A stretch of DNA of 64,000 nucleotides from the human T2T-CHM13v2.0 reference genome, Homo sapiens (GCF_009914755.1 NC_060931.1); one strand, 5' to 3'. Positions 26,615 to 40,911 are shown, numbered from the stretch's first letter. Numbers and translations: made by a program. The notes: a model not told the origin generated them from the letters alone.

Positions 26615-27425
26615 AGTTGGAGTTACCATAAAGTCCAATTTATTTTCCTTTATTTACAGAGCACCCTCTGGTTTATAACGATAACATCATAGCATCAGTA
26701 TGTAGGAAGAAATGTATTTTCTAATCCATTATGGTTTTCAGGGATGAAGAGAATTATTATTGCTGTATCTGAAAATAATACCACACCATTAAGAATGTAA
26801 GTGAAAAGGAAGTGTCTAAGGCACTGGAATCTTTGTACAACTTAATCGTTTAGATAAATTTGAAATTTAAAAATGCTTTAAAATAGGGATAAACTCTCCA
26901 AGATTCTGAGTTTACAAAAAAATTTCCAGTGTTTTAAGCAATTACTTTTCTTATGTAAATACCAGATAAGATGTAGAGGTACTTATCAACAAACTGACTC
27001 CAGATTTCTATCAATGAGCCTAATAATATTATAATGATAGTTTAAATACTAGGCTGAAGGACATTAATAATGGAGATTAAAGTAAAAGATGTATATTTAA
27101 ATTAATTCAGTTAAATTTTGTTAATTGATACTCATTTCCATTAATTCTGTTTTTGCAACCTTTCAGACTTATCTTTTAGTCTCCAGAGGCAGAAAAAAAG
27201 CAGAAAAGGTTGTTGAAATTCTTCACATTGATTTCAGGGCAATGATCTCAAACGGCGCAGTGGGAACCCGCAAATTTAAGAGGTAAGGGAAGCAAATGGA
27301 CTCACTGGGAACTTTATCAGGTAAGAGGCAGCCAGACTTAAAGAATAGCCCTGCTGCTAAAGAGAAGGAAAATCTTCTCTGGCAACATCTTTCATTCTCC
27401 ATCCTTTTCATTAAGAGAAAACACA

Positions 27426-27798
<373 letters not shown>

Positions 27799-28151
27799 CT
27801 ACTTTAGGAATCCAAATGTTAATGCACATGGGGCTTTAGCAAGGAAGAAATCAGAGTACAGAACTTTAATTCAAGTTGTATTTTTGAATTGTGACACTTT
27901 TACAATAAAATAATTTTTTTGAAATTTATTAAAATCTCCATTATTGGAGATTAATTTCTTCTGGTCAAAGTCCTGTTACTTTAATGTTATATTAAAGTAA
28001 AAATATTCCAAAATGTTTAGCACACTGTTCTACCAACAGCTATTAAAATCTTAACCTGAATTAATTTCTTTAATCAGCTCTAGTATCAGATTTCTCATTT
28101 AGAGAGACAGGGTAATGATTTTTAAACTAGTATGATGAATCGACACAAAAT

Positions 28152-28417
28152 TTTCTTTCCTAAAGTAGATTCCATGGAACACGATTTTCTGAAGTAGCCA
28201 CATGGGAGAAAAATGGTTCAAAGTTTTAAGAAGTGCAGGACATACTGCCTGTATTGATCCTTTTTAGAGGTTCACCATGCATATTAGAAAAGTCTTTGAG
28301 AAACTGATTTAACTAGTTACAGAAAGTCACAAATTTCCTCATTTGCCCAGTGTGATCCGCAACATTAATTGACATACCGTGATATTAATACCCTGAGTAA
28401 AACTTGGGAACTAGATG
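28152..28417 (+). mobile_element. MER103-like hAT-Charlie MITE
   Basis: tttcctaaagtagattccatggaacac...ttcaccatgcatattag...aacttgggaac. Confidence 0.55.
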
Positions 28418-28443
28418 TCGAGGACGTGAATAGTATCACTGGG

Positions 28444-28953
28444 TATATTAATTATCTGTTGCCATGCAGTAAATTTTATTATATCAGAGTTTTCCAGGGT
28501 CAGGAGTCCAGGCAATGGCTTAGCTTATCTGGGTTTACTGCTCATGGTAAAAGGCTGAAATCATGAAATCAGTGAGGTCTGCAGCTTGGAAGATTCTCTT
28601 CCAAGCTCAACTGGTTGTTGGCACAATTCATTTCCTTGTTGCTGTAGGACTCACAGGGCTTGCTTCTGCAAGCCCAGAGAGAGAATCTCTGTGACTTTAA
28701 GTTTCTGACCTGTAGATCCCCTTTTAAAGGGCTCACCTGATTAGAATAGGCCTATCTAGAATAACCTTTATTTTAATTAAGTCAACTGATTAGGAAACTT
28801 AATTGCATCTGCAAAATCCCATCACCTTTGTCTTATAATCTAACCACTGGTGTAACACTTGTTATAGTCACAAATCCCATCTCCACCCAAGGGCATGGGA
28901 TTATACAAAGGTTTGGATACCAGGGGAAGGGAATCACAAGGACATCTGGGGAC
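28444..28953 (-). mobile_element. MaLR solo LTR (MLT1D/E-like)
   Basis: gggtcaggagtccaggcaatggcttagct, ttgttggcacaattcatttccttg, ttttaaagggctcacctgattag, aagtcaactgatt, atctgcaaaatccc. Confidence 0.8.
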
Positions 28954-31801
28954 TCAATAAACCATATTGGGGAACTTTAAAGAAAGGAATATACATAGTA
29001 GAGAGCTGAAAGGAGAAGAGAAAATGTTAATATCATAAAAGAACTTTAAACCCACAATTATCCTAGCTCCCAAAGGCCAACCCAAAGCCACTATCTCAAT
29101 AAAAATAATTACCATGTCACTGACTGAATTCTTCACACTGTTTTAACTAAAAGACAAATTAATCAATTTTAGTAAGACCTATGGCAAAATGTATCATATT
29201 TTCATTTAGGTACCTATTGCTGAAACTTTTAATCCAGACTTAAAGTAAACATACAAGAACATAAGCATTATTTTCTGGCACCTGTTCCCCTTTCTTAACA
29301 TAATGCCATTCTAGCATTTTCTTCCCGTAGACATTTAGGCCCATTATCACAGCACAACAGAGTAAAAATACATTGCCAGAAGCCTGAAAAAATAACATGC
29401 TTTTCTTAAGAAATGGAAAAAGATAGATAAATAATCATCCATAAGCAAAAAGTTCAATAAAATTTAAATTAAAATTCTAATAACTAGAATCTAGATTTCC
29501 AAGGTTATATTTTATCAAAATTATCTTCACTAAAACATTGCAAAATTTTTCTGATTAAATATAATCACCATTTAAAATTTTTTCCTATTTGGCATTTATT
29601 AAATTTTCCTTTTAAAACAATTTGTTTAACCTTTACATTATGTTTAAACTTAAGAAAAAGAAAGAATACCATGAAAAAAGAAAGGAGAGGATAAAATATT
29701 ATTTTTATCATAATTAATTTTCTGAAATAAATTAATATTTTTAATTTAGAAATACACACCACAGAAAATAACATACACTAAAATCTTTTGCTGTCTTTAT
29801 TATTGTATTAAATTGTACCTAATATACTTTTTAAGTGAAAGTAGAGTCTCATTCCTCTATTTACAATGATGGTCTTTTGTCTATCGATTAAAAAAAATTT
29901 TTTTGCTTCTCTTTTCAACAGGAAGCATGAGATCACAGATAAAGCTTAAGCTCATATGTCTGGATAGAGCACTATTCTTTGTACCAGTTATACACTGTAC
30001 ACATTGCATATTTTAAATTATTTATGTTTCAGAGGAAAGGGTTAGCTAGGTGATTTACGTACTACTGGTAAAATCCCAGTCCACAAAACTAGCTGTACAG
30101 AAGACAATTGAAACTTACTCCTGAATATTTATAAATCATTCCAGAGTTAAGATAATAATGTAATTCTCAAAAATAACAGTGAAAAGCAAGAAAAGTTCCT
30201 TTTGGAGAAATAAAACAATAGATCCAAGTTTCAAATCCCTCTGGGTTAGGCCGTAAATCAGGTAAAAAGATATAATTTCATGCCAAGCCAATTCTCTATT
30301 AGAAAGGGAATGTGGGTTCTGGGAGGCATGCACTTAATCTGACTTATGCACACCACAGTGTTGTCCATAGAATGTACAAATAACCCCATAAGAAAGGTTA
30401 ATCAAATGTGCACTGTGACTTAGGATAAAATGCCTGGGACGGCTGACCAATTCGATTCATATCTCCTAGTGGAGATCCATAATGTCTCAATTCTTAATTA
30501 TCTAGTCTTTTGTGCATTAAAAAAAAATGGCCAATAAAATGTCAGCCAAGAAACACACTGTTCATTCCTTTCAGGTTTATTTTAAACCTATTGCACTTAG
30601 GCTAGAGCTAAATCAATTTTTCATGAATATCTACCCCGGTAGATTGCACCTCTAGCCAATTCAGATCCCCAGAGAATTTTAAAAAAGAGATTTATCAAGT
30701 AACAAGTAACACCTCAGGAAAAAGAAACAGGGTTTTTAATTGCTTTGTGTGCTCCGTAATTGAAGGCAGGCACCTTCTTGAGGCGCTCGCTGCCAGGAGG
30801 AGTGAGACTCCACTTGGCCCTGCCTAATTAATCCTGTGATACAAACCTTCTGGCTTCAATTTTCACATTTCTGTCTCTTTTTAGAGGTGATAATAAAACT
30901 AAAAATTTATGTTGGTTACTGTATGACTATAACTGTGCCAGCAGAACGCAAATAAAACCATATGGGCTAAGGAGACCTTGTCTCCACATTTCTGGTTTCC
31001 CTGTGGCACGAGGTACCAGGGCAAGCTTTGTGCTAACAAGAAAAGGTAGGGAAAACTCAGTAGCGGGGTGGAAGTGCAGGTCAACCCCTTCTTATGAGTT
31101 TGCTCTGTTAAGATGACTCATTGAAACATATGCCTTTTTTATTGACAAAATTTTTCTCAAAATAGAATCGTACACTCTGAAAGCTCAATGGCTCAGTGAC
31201 TGCATATCACTAAACAGTACTAGAGCTTTTAATGAAAGACAAATTGGGCAGCTTAGCCTTTAAAAAAAGCTGTCAGAGTGACAAGTGCAGGGTCTATTAT
31301 CTTAATAGCTTACATATTAAGATGAGTAAAACACATCCTTTAGAACTTTGTCCATGACACCAGCAACATCGTAGCTGAGCTGTGATGCATAATGCATCCC
31401 ACATCGTGAATTGGCTCCATTGCTGACACAGGTCAAAATTATTTTGCTTTTATGGAGAACCTTGATTTGTAATGTGACATTATTGTTATATGTCTGGTGG
31501 AATGATACTTAAAGAGGAGGCAAACAAATGGGGAGAATAATAGCACCTATGGGGTAGTAGTTTACACAGAAAAATAGTAGTTTCAAAGATTGGCATAAAT
31601 TCGAAGGGTATATTGTGCCTGCTGTTCACAAATAATGGATTTTTTTTTAAGAGAAAGAAATTTCTAAAAATTATGTTACTTAAATTATTTTTATAGGTGG
31701 TTAAAACTTTCACAGGTTATATCATTTTCTTTACCTTTGTTTCTTTGAAATCTGTTTATTTTGAACAGTTTCCACTCTTTCTGCTGAATTTTTAAAAATA
31801 T

Positions 31802-31820
31802 GGGAGCCATCTGGTGGTCA
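31802..31820 (-). promoter_or_regulatory. Candidate CTCF site
   Basis: Minus strand TGACCACCAGATGGCTCCC versus core CCASYAGRKGGCRS (1 mismatch). Confidence 0.55.
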
Positions 31821-32599
31821 ACAATTATAATTTTTCTTAAAAATTAAATAATGTTTTATTATAAAATAAAGTGCTGTCTAATTTTAAAATTTGGTAAGAT
31901 CTTCTTTTTTTCCCCAGTAGAATTATTTTTTACAAAGGCACTAATTCAATACTCTCATAGGCTTAGTCAAATAAATTCTGCGCATGAAACTTTTAAAATA
32001 TACTGTTTTCACGGTACATTCCATTCATTTTTTACAAATATCAAATGGACTCTTCTTTCCATATTGTTCATGTATTTACCAAGAAGTAATTTAAATCATG
32101 CAAGGAGTTGAGAAAAATACAAATATGTCCTTGAAAGTTTTATAATATGTGAGTTTTTATACTTTTTAAAATAAAGCAAGTGATTTTTATAGAATATTCT
32201 GCATAAAGGGGAAGCTTTGGGAACAAGGTCCAGGATTCCATAAATATACATGGATATGGAAGATAATTTTAAAAGGAAAGACTTAAATGCAAAACCTTAA
32301 CTATAAAAGTTCAAGTTCTGGCCAGTGATATGTGAAACATCAAAACAGAACTGACATTAATAGCAATTGTTGAAGTTCTACATACCTTGTTCACATGACT
32401 TAAAATAAGCTGCTCACCTTCTAAACTAGTATATTGAATGTATGTATATATGTGTGTATCTATAATACACACATATAAAATGTGGTCTGTTGTGAGTATA
32501 TTAAAACTGACCATTTCACTCTAATCTCTACCTCATGATTAAACTGTAGAATTCTTTTTGTTGTTGTTGTTAGGTTCTGTTAACTGCTTTTATTGCTAT

Positions 32600-32970
32600 T
32601 TAACACACACTGAATATTTACTCTATGGCAGGTTTTTGATTACAAGCTTTTATAAATAATCTCTTTAGGCTGGGGATAGTGGTAAGCACCTGTATTCCCA
32701 GCAAATCCAGAGGCTAAAGTGGGTGGAACACTTGAGTCCAGGAGTTTGAGGTCAACCTGTGCAACATAATGAAACCCCTTCTGTAATAAAATAAAATAAA
32801 ATGATTTTGTTGAATCTATGTAAAATACTACCCAATGGGTACCATTATTCTCCCATTTATTTTCTGAAGCATATGCGGCTCAGAGAAGTTATGAAACATC
32901 AATACAAGTGAGTGGCCTTGGCTTTACCCCAATTCTAACTCCAATTTCTGTACGTTTATCTACCATTCAA
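32600..32970 (-). mobile_element. MIR interrupted by a FLAM
   Basis: ggtaccattattctcccattt...gctcagagaagtt after the FLAM; tgaatatttactctatggcagg before it. Confidence 0.6.
32668..32801 (+). mobile_element. FLAM (free left Alu monomer)
   Basis: Single 7SL-derived arm with cacttgagtccaggagtttgaggtc and (taaaa)n tail. Confidence 0.85.
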
Positions 32971-33159
32971 AACTAAAATGGCCACTAGACACTCTAATCA
33001 CTTGTAGTTTGTCTGTTCAACAACATAATTACGTCCTCAATCAGCTTTGAATTGGAAGGGAAAGCACCAGCCTTATAAGCCAAATCTGTTACTTATCTAT
33101 CAGGTTCCATGGGAGGTAAAGTAATAAGGAGAAATGAAATATCATTGTAATTGTCACTG

Positions 33160-33765
33160 AGTGTTTAGTTCATTAGGCACTCTTTCTTCCTTCTCTTCTG
33201 GAGCAAACTCTTTCCCTTCCACTCAGGGTTGGCTTTCTTCTGCTTCAACTCTGGAGGGAATGCCAATCGCGAAACTCTGGGGATTGGGCATGTAGTGCAG
33301 GCCTGGCCACTGTGACATGTCCAGGAGAGAGCAGGGGACCTAAGCCAGAACAAGCAAAGGCATTCCCTGGTATTCTTTACCCTTCTGGGAAGAAGGGTGG
33401 TGAGAGCTCCTTCCTTCAGATCTCCAAGTTGAAATGATATAGGCATGAAGCTTCACTCAACCCCTGGGCCTCTTGCCAGAACCCTCCACATGCACTCCTC
33501 AGTACTTGGGGAACAGAAGGGAATGAGATGAATGCACATGGCTACAAGAAACGAGAACTAACAGAAAATAAAAAGCCTCGAGACTTTCACTTGATCTAGC
33601 TAAGAGCTCTAAAGCAGTGTTATTTCTTCAGAACTTCCTTCAGTGTTTGAGCTACCCAGGAATTCTTCCAGTAAACTTGTTTGCTGGGTTTTGTTTTTGC
33701 TGTGGTTGTTTTGCCTTGAGCTAGTTTGAGTTGGATTTTTGTCACTTGAACACAGGAAGCCATTA
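33160..33765 (+). mobile_element. Old MaLR LTR (MLT1J/K/L-like)
   Basis: gggcatgtagtgcaggcctggcca...; 3' end gctagtttgagttggatttttgtcacttg. Confidence 0.6.
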
Positions 33766-34062
33766 GACTGTACAATTACAAAATATTAGGTTCTCCTATG
33801 GTAGAAAACAGAGATAACCACTGTTACCGAATAGTATCTTTCGGGTGGGTTTTAAAATAAACAGTTTCCCTAGGAAAAGAGCCAGCCTGCCTGCATATGG
33901 CAGGGAAGTGTGACACAAAGCACCAGACTGGTTTTGGCAAACACAGGGAGGAGCCAATTTCCAAAAGCTCTACAGTTTTAATCCCCACTGGCATGCAATG
34001 TTTGTTTGTATCTCACCCTTCTATGTGTAAAACTGGACTCAAAATTTGCACACTTAAGGAAT

Positions 34063-34076
34063 CTCTCTCTCTCTTC

Positions 34077-34109
<33 letters not shown>
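34063..34109. repeat. (TC)n(CA)n compound microsatellite
   Basis: Direct sequence. Confidence 0.92.
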
Positions 34110-34424
34110 CCCTCTTCCTGATTTTCTTGATTTTGATATGATCTCATTTGGGCCAGAAGTAATGCCTCCTAGAACTCTATCTTCCTGGTCTACTAAGAAA
34201 ATAAAGTGGTACACATATTGTAAGGAAAGTGTAAATGTGGATGAAAGCAGAACAAATTTAGCTATTGTGACTAGAGACACAGGATTCATTAAGCCAAAAA
34301 TCATACGCTTTTGAGGTGAAGCCCTCTAGCTTGGTATCCCAGCTTTGCCACTTATGTGCTGTGTAAGCCAGTTGCTCTGGATGGCCATTTTCTTTTCAAT
34401 ACAAGGGGTGAATATCAAGGTCAA

Positions 34425-34770
34425 TGATATAGCTTGACTGTGTCCCCACCCAAATCTCGTCTTGAATTTTCACGTGTTGTGGGAGGGACCCGGTGGGAGG
34501 TAATTAAGTAATGGGGGCAGGTCTTTCCCATGCTGTTCTCATGATAGTGAATAAGTCTCATGAGATCTGATGGTTTTATACAGGGTAGTTTCCCTGCACA
34601 AGCCCTTTTTTTGCCTGCTGCCATCCATGTAAGATGTGACTTGCTCCTCCTTGTCTTCTACCATGATTGTGAGGCCTCCCCAGTTATGTGGAACTGTAAG
34701 TTCATTAAACCTCTTTTTCTTCCTGGTCTCTGGTATGCATTTATCAGTAGCGTAAAAATGGACTAATACA
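34425..34770 (+). mobile_element. THE1A-like solo LTR
   Basis: tgatat...tgtccccacccaaatctc...gactaataca; ctgccatccatgtaagatgtgacttgct; perfect TSD gtcaa. Confidence 0.93.
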
Positions 34771-35444
34771 GTCAATTTCAAGATTGGCAATAATTCATAA
34801 AAGGAACCTAAAATAGATGCTCAATAAATGGCCAGTGTATTGGTGATTATAAATATTATTATTAATATTTGTATTATCATATTATATTATTAATATTTGT
34901 GTGATTGTATTAACTCAGCATATACTTTTGTTAACCAAAACACTGGAATGAAACATATAGCAAAGAGAAAAAAATAGTTTGATTCCTTGTTTACCAATTT
35001 TGCTTTTTCTGGGTATTCTCAATAAGCTTCTTTTGAAAAATAGAATGAAAACTAATAGTTCACAATCAAAACTAATAGTTGGAAAACATTAGTGCTGAAG
35101 TCTAACAGAGTATTGCCATTATTGAAAACACATTAAATATTCTATTGTTAACTCTGTATTTTTTCCAGTAACCTTATCATTTAAACTAAGATATGTTTCT
35201 GCAAATAGTCTGTTTTTGTCTTCTTTCCCCTAACGTATAGTGAGAGAAATTTAAGTCTCAGAACCTAGACCTATAACATTTATGCATAAGATACACAGTG
35301 TATTATATAATCTCTACTCAATCATTGTTATGTATATATTTGAACAAAACTATTACATAAAAATATTTAATCTAAGAAGGATTTATTTTAAACAGAATAA
35401 AGCCAAGTTTAAAAGTGATGCCCATTACATATGATAAAATAGCT

Positions 35445-35629
35445 CATTGGGTTCCTAACTTGCCTGCTTGTTGCAATCATGGGGGAACTTCAACAAATAC
35501 TGACACCTTTGACTTACTACCCACCCACCGGCTAGAAAATCATTCCATTATCTGCATTACGGTCTTGACTTTGAAATTTTTTAAAGACTTCCTGGTGAGT
35601 CTAGTGTGCAGCAAGTTTAGGAAGCACTG
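35445..35629. mobile_element. MER5A/B (hAT-Charlie)
   Basis: ttcctggtgagtctagtgtgcagcaagtttaggaagcactg terminus. Confidence 0.65.
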
Positions 35630-35900
35630 GATTTGCTTCCTCACTATGTTTCTTTTCTTAGTGCTCAAGCGGTTTCTACCTGTTCTGTTTATTTTCTCTA
35701 AGAACAAGTACATTCATTACAGAAACTTTTATTTTATAATAGAAAATGAAAACACACCAAAGGAAACACATTTTTCCAATCATTTAATTAAATTAACGTG
35801 TTCCACTTCTCCAGTGTTCAACGCATTCTGATAGGGACTGATGAAGAAAATTTTTTAAAAAGATACAGGGCACAGATTCTGCTTTAAAAATGTTAAAAGA

Positions 35901-36504
<604 letters not shown>

Positions 36505-37079
36505 TTAAAAGATTGTTCACCTGATAGAACAATGATTAAAATTCTAAGTGTCTCTCTTCAGCAATAATAATCTTGAGAGAACTTAACCACTTGAAAACAG
36601 TGAAAATATTTTTTAAATGCAAGTGAACCACAATAACTGCAGCGACCAGAGAAGAAGCCCCTCCTTCTTTTTCTTATACACACCAACATTTTCTTTTGCA
36701 AATGTCATTGAAGTGAGTCTATTTCTTCATCTGATGTCTAGAAACTACTTGACTGATTTTCATCAACATTGGAGGTGACAAGACGGCTTCATATATGCAG
36801 CCATTCTCTAATTCATGTGAATACTTTGTTCATTCCTTGAATCTACCATCTACTCCTATCAGTGCGAACACCATTAAATACCTATGCTGAGATTTTCACA
36901 GTTGAGAGGCATTAATATGTCTATAGGATTCATATTCTTTATATCATATGAACAGTGGAGGAAAGGTCTACATTTATACAGATGTCTTTACTCACTTCTA
37001 AAAATCCCAACTAATACCACAGCTTGGCATTAATCAAAGATTTCCAAGTTTTATGTCCCAAAAATGCAATCTTTATCTC

Positions 37080-37170
37080 AGGCCTATAATGAGGATTAAA
37101 GGTGATAATGAAAAAAAGAGTACTTAGCACGGTTCCTGAGACATAGTAGCCACTCAATAAATGTTAGTTC
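37080..37170 (+). mobile_element. MIR 3' portion
   Basis: tgaggattaaa...tacttagcacggttcctgagacatagtagccactcaataaatgttag. Confidence 0.75.
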
Positions 37171-38384
37171 TCAAAACAAAGATGACGTCCAATTTCACTC
37201 TCTTGAAATGATTGTGTTAATTTTAAGAGTGCTTATAAAAAATTCCTTGAAGTCATTTAAAAGAGAAGCACTATCTCACTTTATTGACATTATTGTCACC
37301 TACTCCCAAACTTACTGATATTTTTAAAACTTGGAGTAGGCTTCCCTTAATTGGAGTTATTAGTATTTTAACAATAAGTAGTTGTAGATTCCTAAATGGT
37401 GGCCTAAAGCAGGTTGAGAAAGGGATGCATAGTTAGAAGTAGAATAATAGTTTACTGATGACCTTCATTAAGTCTTTACTCTTTTCTCAGCAAAGCTAGA
37501 GGAAACCAAAGTCATAGAACATCTGAACTCTGTCCAAACATCGGTCGTATTTCAAAATTTCAGGTTAGTATGCATAATATATTAATGCTATACAACTTCA
37601 TTGTGTTCACTTTAAAATTTGTATTAAGTAGATTGCTACATTATGGTAATGTACTAAATTACCTAAAGCAAAGTAATACAATGATTAACTGACTATAAAC
37701 ATTGGTTTATGGTCAGTTTATAAAGTATTACAATGATTAATATTATGCATTTTCAAAACAGTAGAAAATTGCAGGATGAAATATCTGTGGATTGACTCAG
37801 TGCCATTAGGAATAATAAAACAGTGGTATAACTCAGTCTCAAGTTACATCTTGAGAGTAAACTTTGTTTTAAATCTTCTCCCTAAGTGGTCAGGAAATTC
37901 ATTAATTTAAAATGCCCAATGCTTGCCAGACACAACATTGAGAATACAAGTGTTCATACAAATATATCAGGCAAACTAGGGCTTAACTAAAGTTTTTTAA
38001 GCATTTTTCTTCAATGTTTTGTGGAAGAACAATGAGAAAACATCAGTTTTATTTGTTATGTTCTCTTAATGATTACAAAAGTAAGTAAAATGGTTATATT
38101 CAAGATTTAGGTTTTGCCTTCTTTCAAAAATAGGTTTGAATGAGTTGCAACTTTCAAAAATAATCTCTCAGATCTAGAGAAGCCTAGCTCATCTGTTCTA
38201 CAACATAATGTACTAGACTGAGTCTTTGTGGAGAAACCAGACAACACCAAGAAAAAAGAAAGTTATAAGTTTATATTGTTCTATTGCGGCAAAGGGTTGG
38301 AATGTAGGTAGGCACCAATCAAAGGATTTGGGCCTCAGGGAGGAGGAAGTCTATAGAATTACGCTGAAGAATGCTGCAGCAGAA

Positions 38385-38555
38385 TTGTCTAGGTTTGACT
38401 TCTCACCTTGCCAGAGAACTGCTGTATAATCTTAGGCCGATTACCTTACTTTCCTCATCTCTAAAATGGATATAATATCTCTGTTTTGAATGGATTAAAT
38501 AAAAATTGTGAAGTGACTGGCCCATAATAGACAATCAATAAATCACAGTTATTTT
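38385..38555 (+). mobile_element. MIR
   Basis: tttcctcatctctaaaatgga...tggcccataatagacaatcaataaat. Confidence 0.6.
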
Positions 38556-39880
38556 TATGAACATTATCATTATATTTATTACTAGTTGATTGTAACTAGT
38601 TGGTTATTACTGAATTCTAATGTCCCAGTAGAAAAAGAAGGAAAGTGAAAATTGGTATGGGCCCAGTCTAAGAATGCTGGCTGGCGAAAATGATACGACC
38701 TTGAGAAATTGTGCAAGAGCCTTAAATACATATGTTGATCATTTTATATTGCAGAGCCTCAGACTTCCATGATAATATCTGCCTAGTCTTTAGAAGAGTG
38801 TATGGAAGTGTTCAAGAACCTTTCCTGAAACAACTTCTATTACAGACACTGCTTCTTCATGGTTATTCCATCAGATTGCAATCACTTATATGTTTTTTTC
38901 CACTCTTCCTTATATTATGAGCACTTTTCACGTAGGGGTTCATCTCTTTAATAATCATAGCTCCCAACACAATTGTAGGCTTATATTAGATGCTCGATAA
39001 AGATGAGTTGAGTTAACATGTAAAGTAATGAATGAGTAAGGAAAAATAGAATAGTTTCGAATTAATGCATGTTACTGCTACTGTAAATTTAATGTTTTCA
39101 TTTCTATTACTATTTATATATAAATTTAATTAATTGTTAACTTTCTTTGCCATCCATACATCTATTTATCTGCTCATTTGAAAATCTCTTTCCTGTTTCC
39201 TATTATTCAAAATATTAAAAGCAAATATTACTTAAATATTTAAATCACTCTTTTTCCATGTTAAGTTTCTCAGGATGCAGAATGTTGCTGTACACTGAGA
39301 AATATTAGGCGATACAAAATGGCTACTATAACGTAATGTTCTAGAAAATGATAAAAGTCAAACCCATTGGTTTTTGCTGCCAACACAAGTTTGTCAATGT
39401 AATTAATGCCCTTTAGCCTGGGAGGGTTGTATGACAGGACAAATGGCATCAAAGCCATTTTTATTTAAAAAATAAATTTAATATTACTTGATAATAAGGG
39501 AGCTATATAAGCAAAAATCTTAGAATTTTCTTTTTCTTTTTTTTCCTTAGTTTCACATCTTTCTACATAGTATCCAAATCCCAGTTGTTGATACTAATTT
39601 TCTTGCTTTCTTACCCTTAACAAGTTTGGAGACAAAGTTAATATCATTAGTAGTATGTAAACTAATTCCTAAAGCAAAAGTCTCTAAAAGTGTGATCCAT
39701 GTCCCATTTTTTATTGGTCTGCAATGAGGTAAGCACAGAAATTTTAATCACCTCCACGCATACCTTCAATGAGCAACATGTACAGTTTTTTGAGACTCTT
39801 CTCTCTTTTCCTGTTATTTTCTGATTGCATTTATAAAAATGCAATTTTGTGTTTGTTGAATCTGATGATAAAAAATGAGG

Positions 39881-40120
39881 AAACACCGCATATTCTCACT
39901 CATAGGTGGGAATTGAACAATGAGATCACATGGACACAGGAAGGGGAATATCACACTCTGGGGACTGTTGTGGGGTGGGGGAGGGGGGAGGGATAGCATC
40001 GGGAGATATACCTAATGCTAGATGACGAGTTAGTGGGTGCAGCGCACCAGCATGGCACATGTATACATATGTAACTAACCTGCACAATGTGCACATGTAC
40101 CCTAAAACTTAAATAAAAAA
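39881..40120 (+). mobile_element. Short 5'-truncated L1PA2-type 3' end
   Basis: Near-consensus young L1 3' UTR with gatgacGAGttag (not ACA/ACG), aatatcacactctgg, acaatgtg; TSD aaaaaatgagg. Confidence 0.93.
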
Positions 40121-40603
40121 AAAAATGAGGTTCGTATTTTGTATATCTGTTCTTTTAAAGTTTATTTTCTAAGTAATTCATCTTCATTGTATTTCATAAA
40201 AGTGTCAGTCTGTGACAGATTGGAAACAACAGAGAGAAGAAAAAGAAAGCTAGTCCTCCACCACAGATAGTTTGAGAACCACCATCCTAGAGCATGGTGG
40301 CCTTTTCCCCACATTATATATTTTCTTTAAAAAATATTTTTAACTTATTAAATAATATGCAATGCTCTTTTTTTTTTTTTTTTAACTTCTCCAGGTGCTG
40401 CATTCCATTTGTTATTTGTGTGGTCTTTACAGGTGTTTCTTTAACAAATTGTAAAGCATCAAGACTGAATTTAACAGCAACAACAACCAAAAAAACAAAT
40501 ATGACAATATTATGTCCTGCTTAAAATGCATGAGTAGCATCTCCTTACACATATCTTTAATGCTTCTGAAGGCTTAAAGTTCCCTCCAGTAACTGCTTCT
40601 GAT

Positions 40604-40911
40604 TTTTGTTTTTGTTTTTTTTTTTTTTTGAGATGGAGTCTCGCTCTGTCACCCAGGCTGGAGTGCAGTGGTGCGATCTCGGCTCACCACAACCTCTGCC
40701 CCTGGGTTCAAGTGATTTTCCTACCTCAGCCTCCTGAGTAGCTGGGATTACAGGCATGCGCCACCACACCCGGCTAATTTTTTCTATTTTTAGTAGAGAT
40801 GGGGTTTCTCCATGTTGGTCAGGCTGGTCTTGAACTCCTGACCTCAGGTGATCTGCCCACCTTGGCCTCCGAAATTGCTGGGATTACAAGCGTGATCCAC
40901 CGCGCCCGGCC
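40604..40911 (-). mobile_element. AluS (Sp-like)
   Basis: tttctccatgttggtcagg, ctcaccacaacc; TSD tg(c/t)ttctgatt. Confidence 0.95.

Noticed and set aside
30787-30805. Weak CTCF-like word ctgccaggaggagt (also near 43195)
   Set aside because: Several mismatches in the core; not supportable without ChIP data
35415-35831. Longest ORF in the track (138 aa)
   Set aside because: Non-ATG start; overlaps MER5 and an old L1M relic; no homology or splice support
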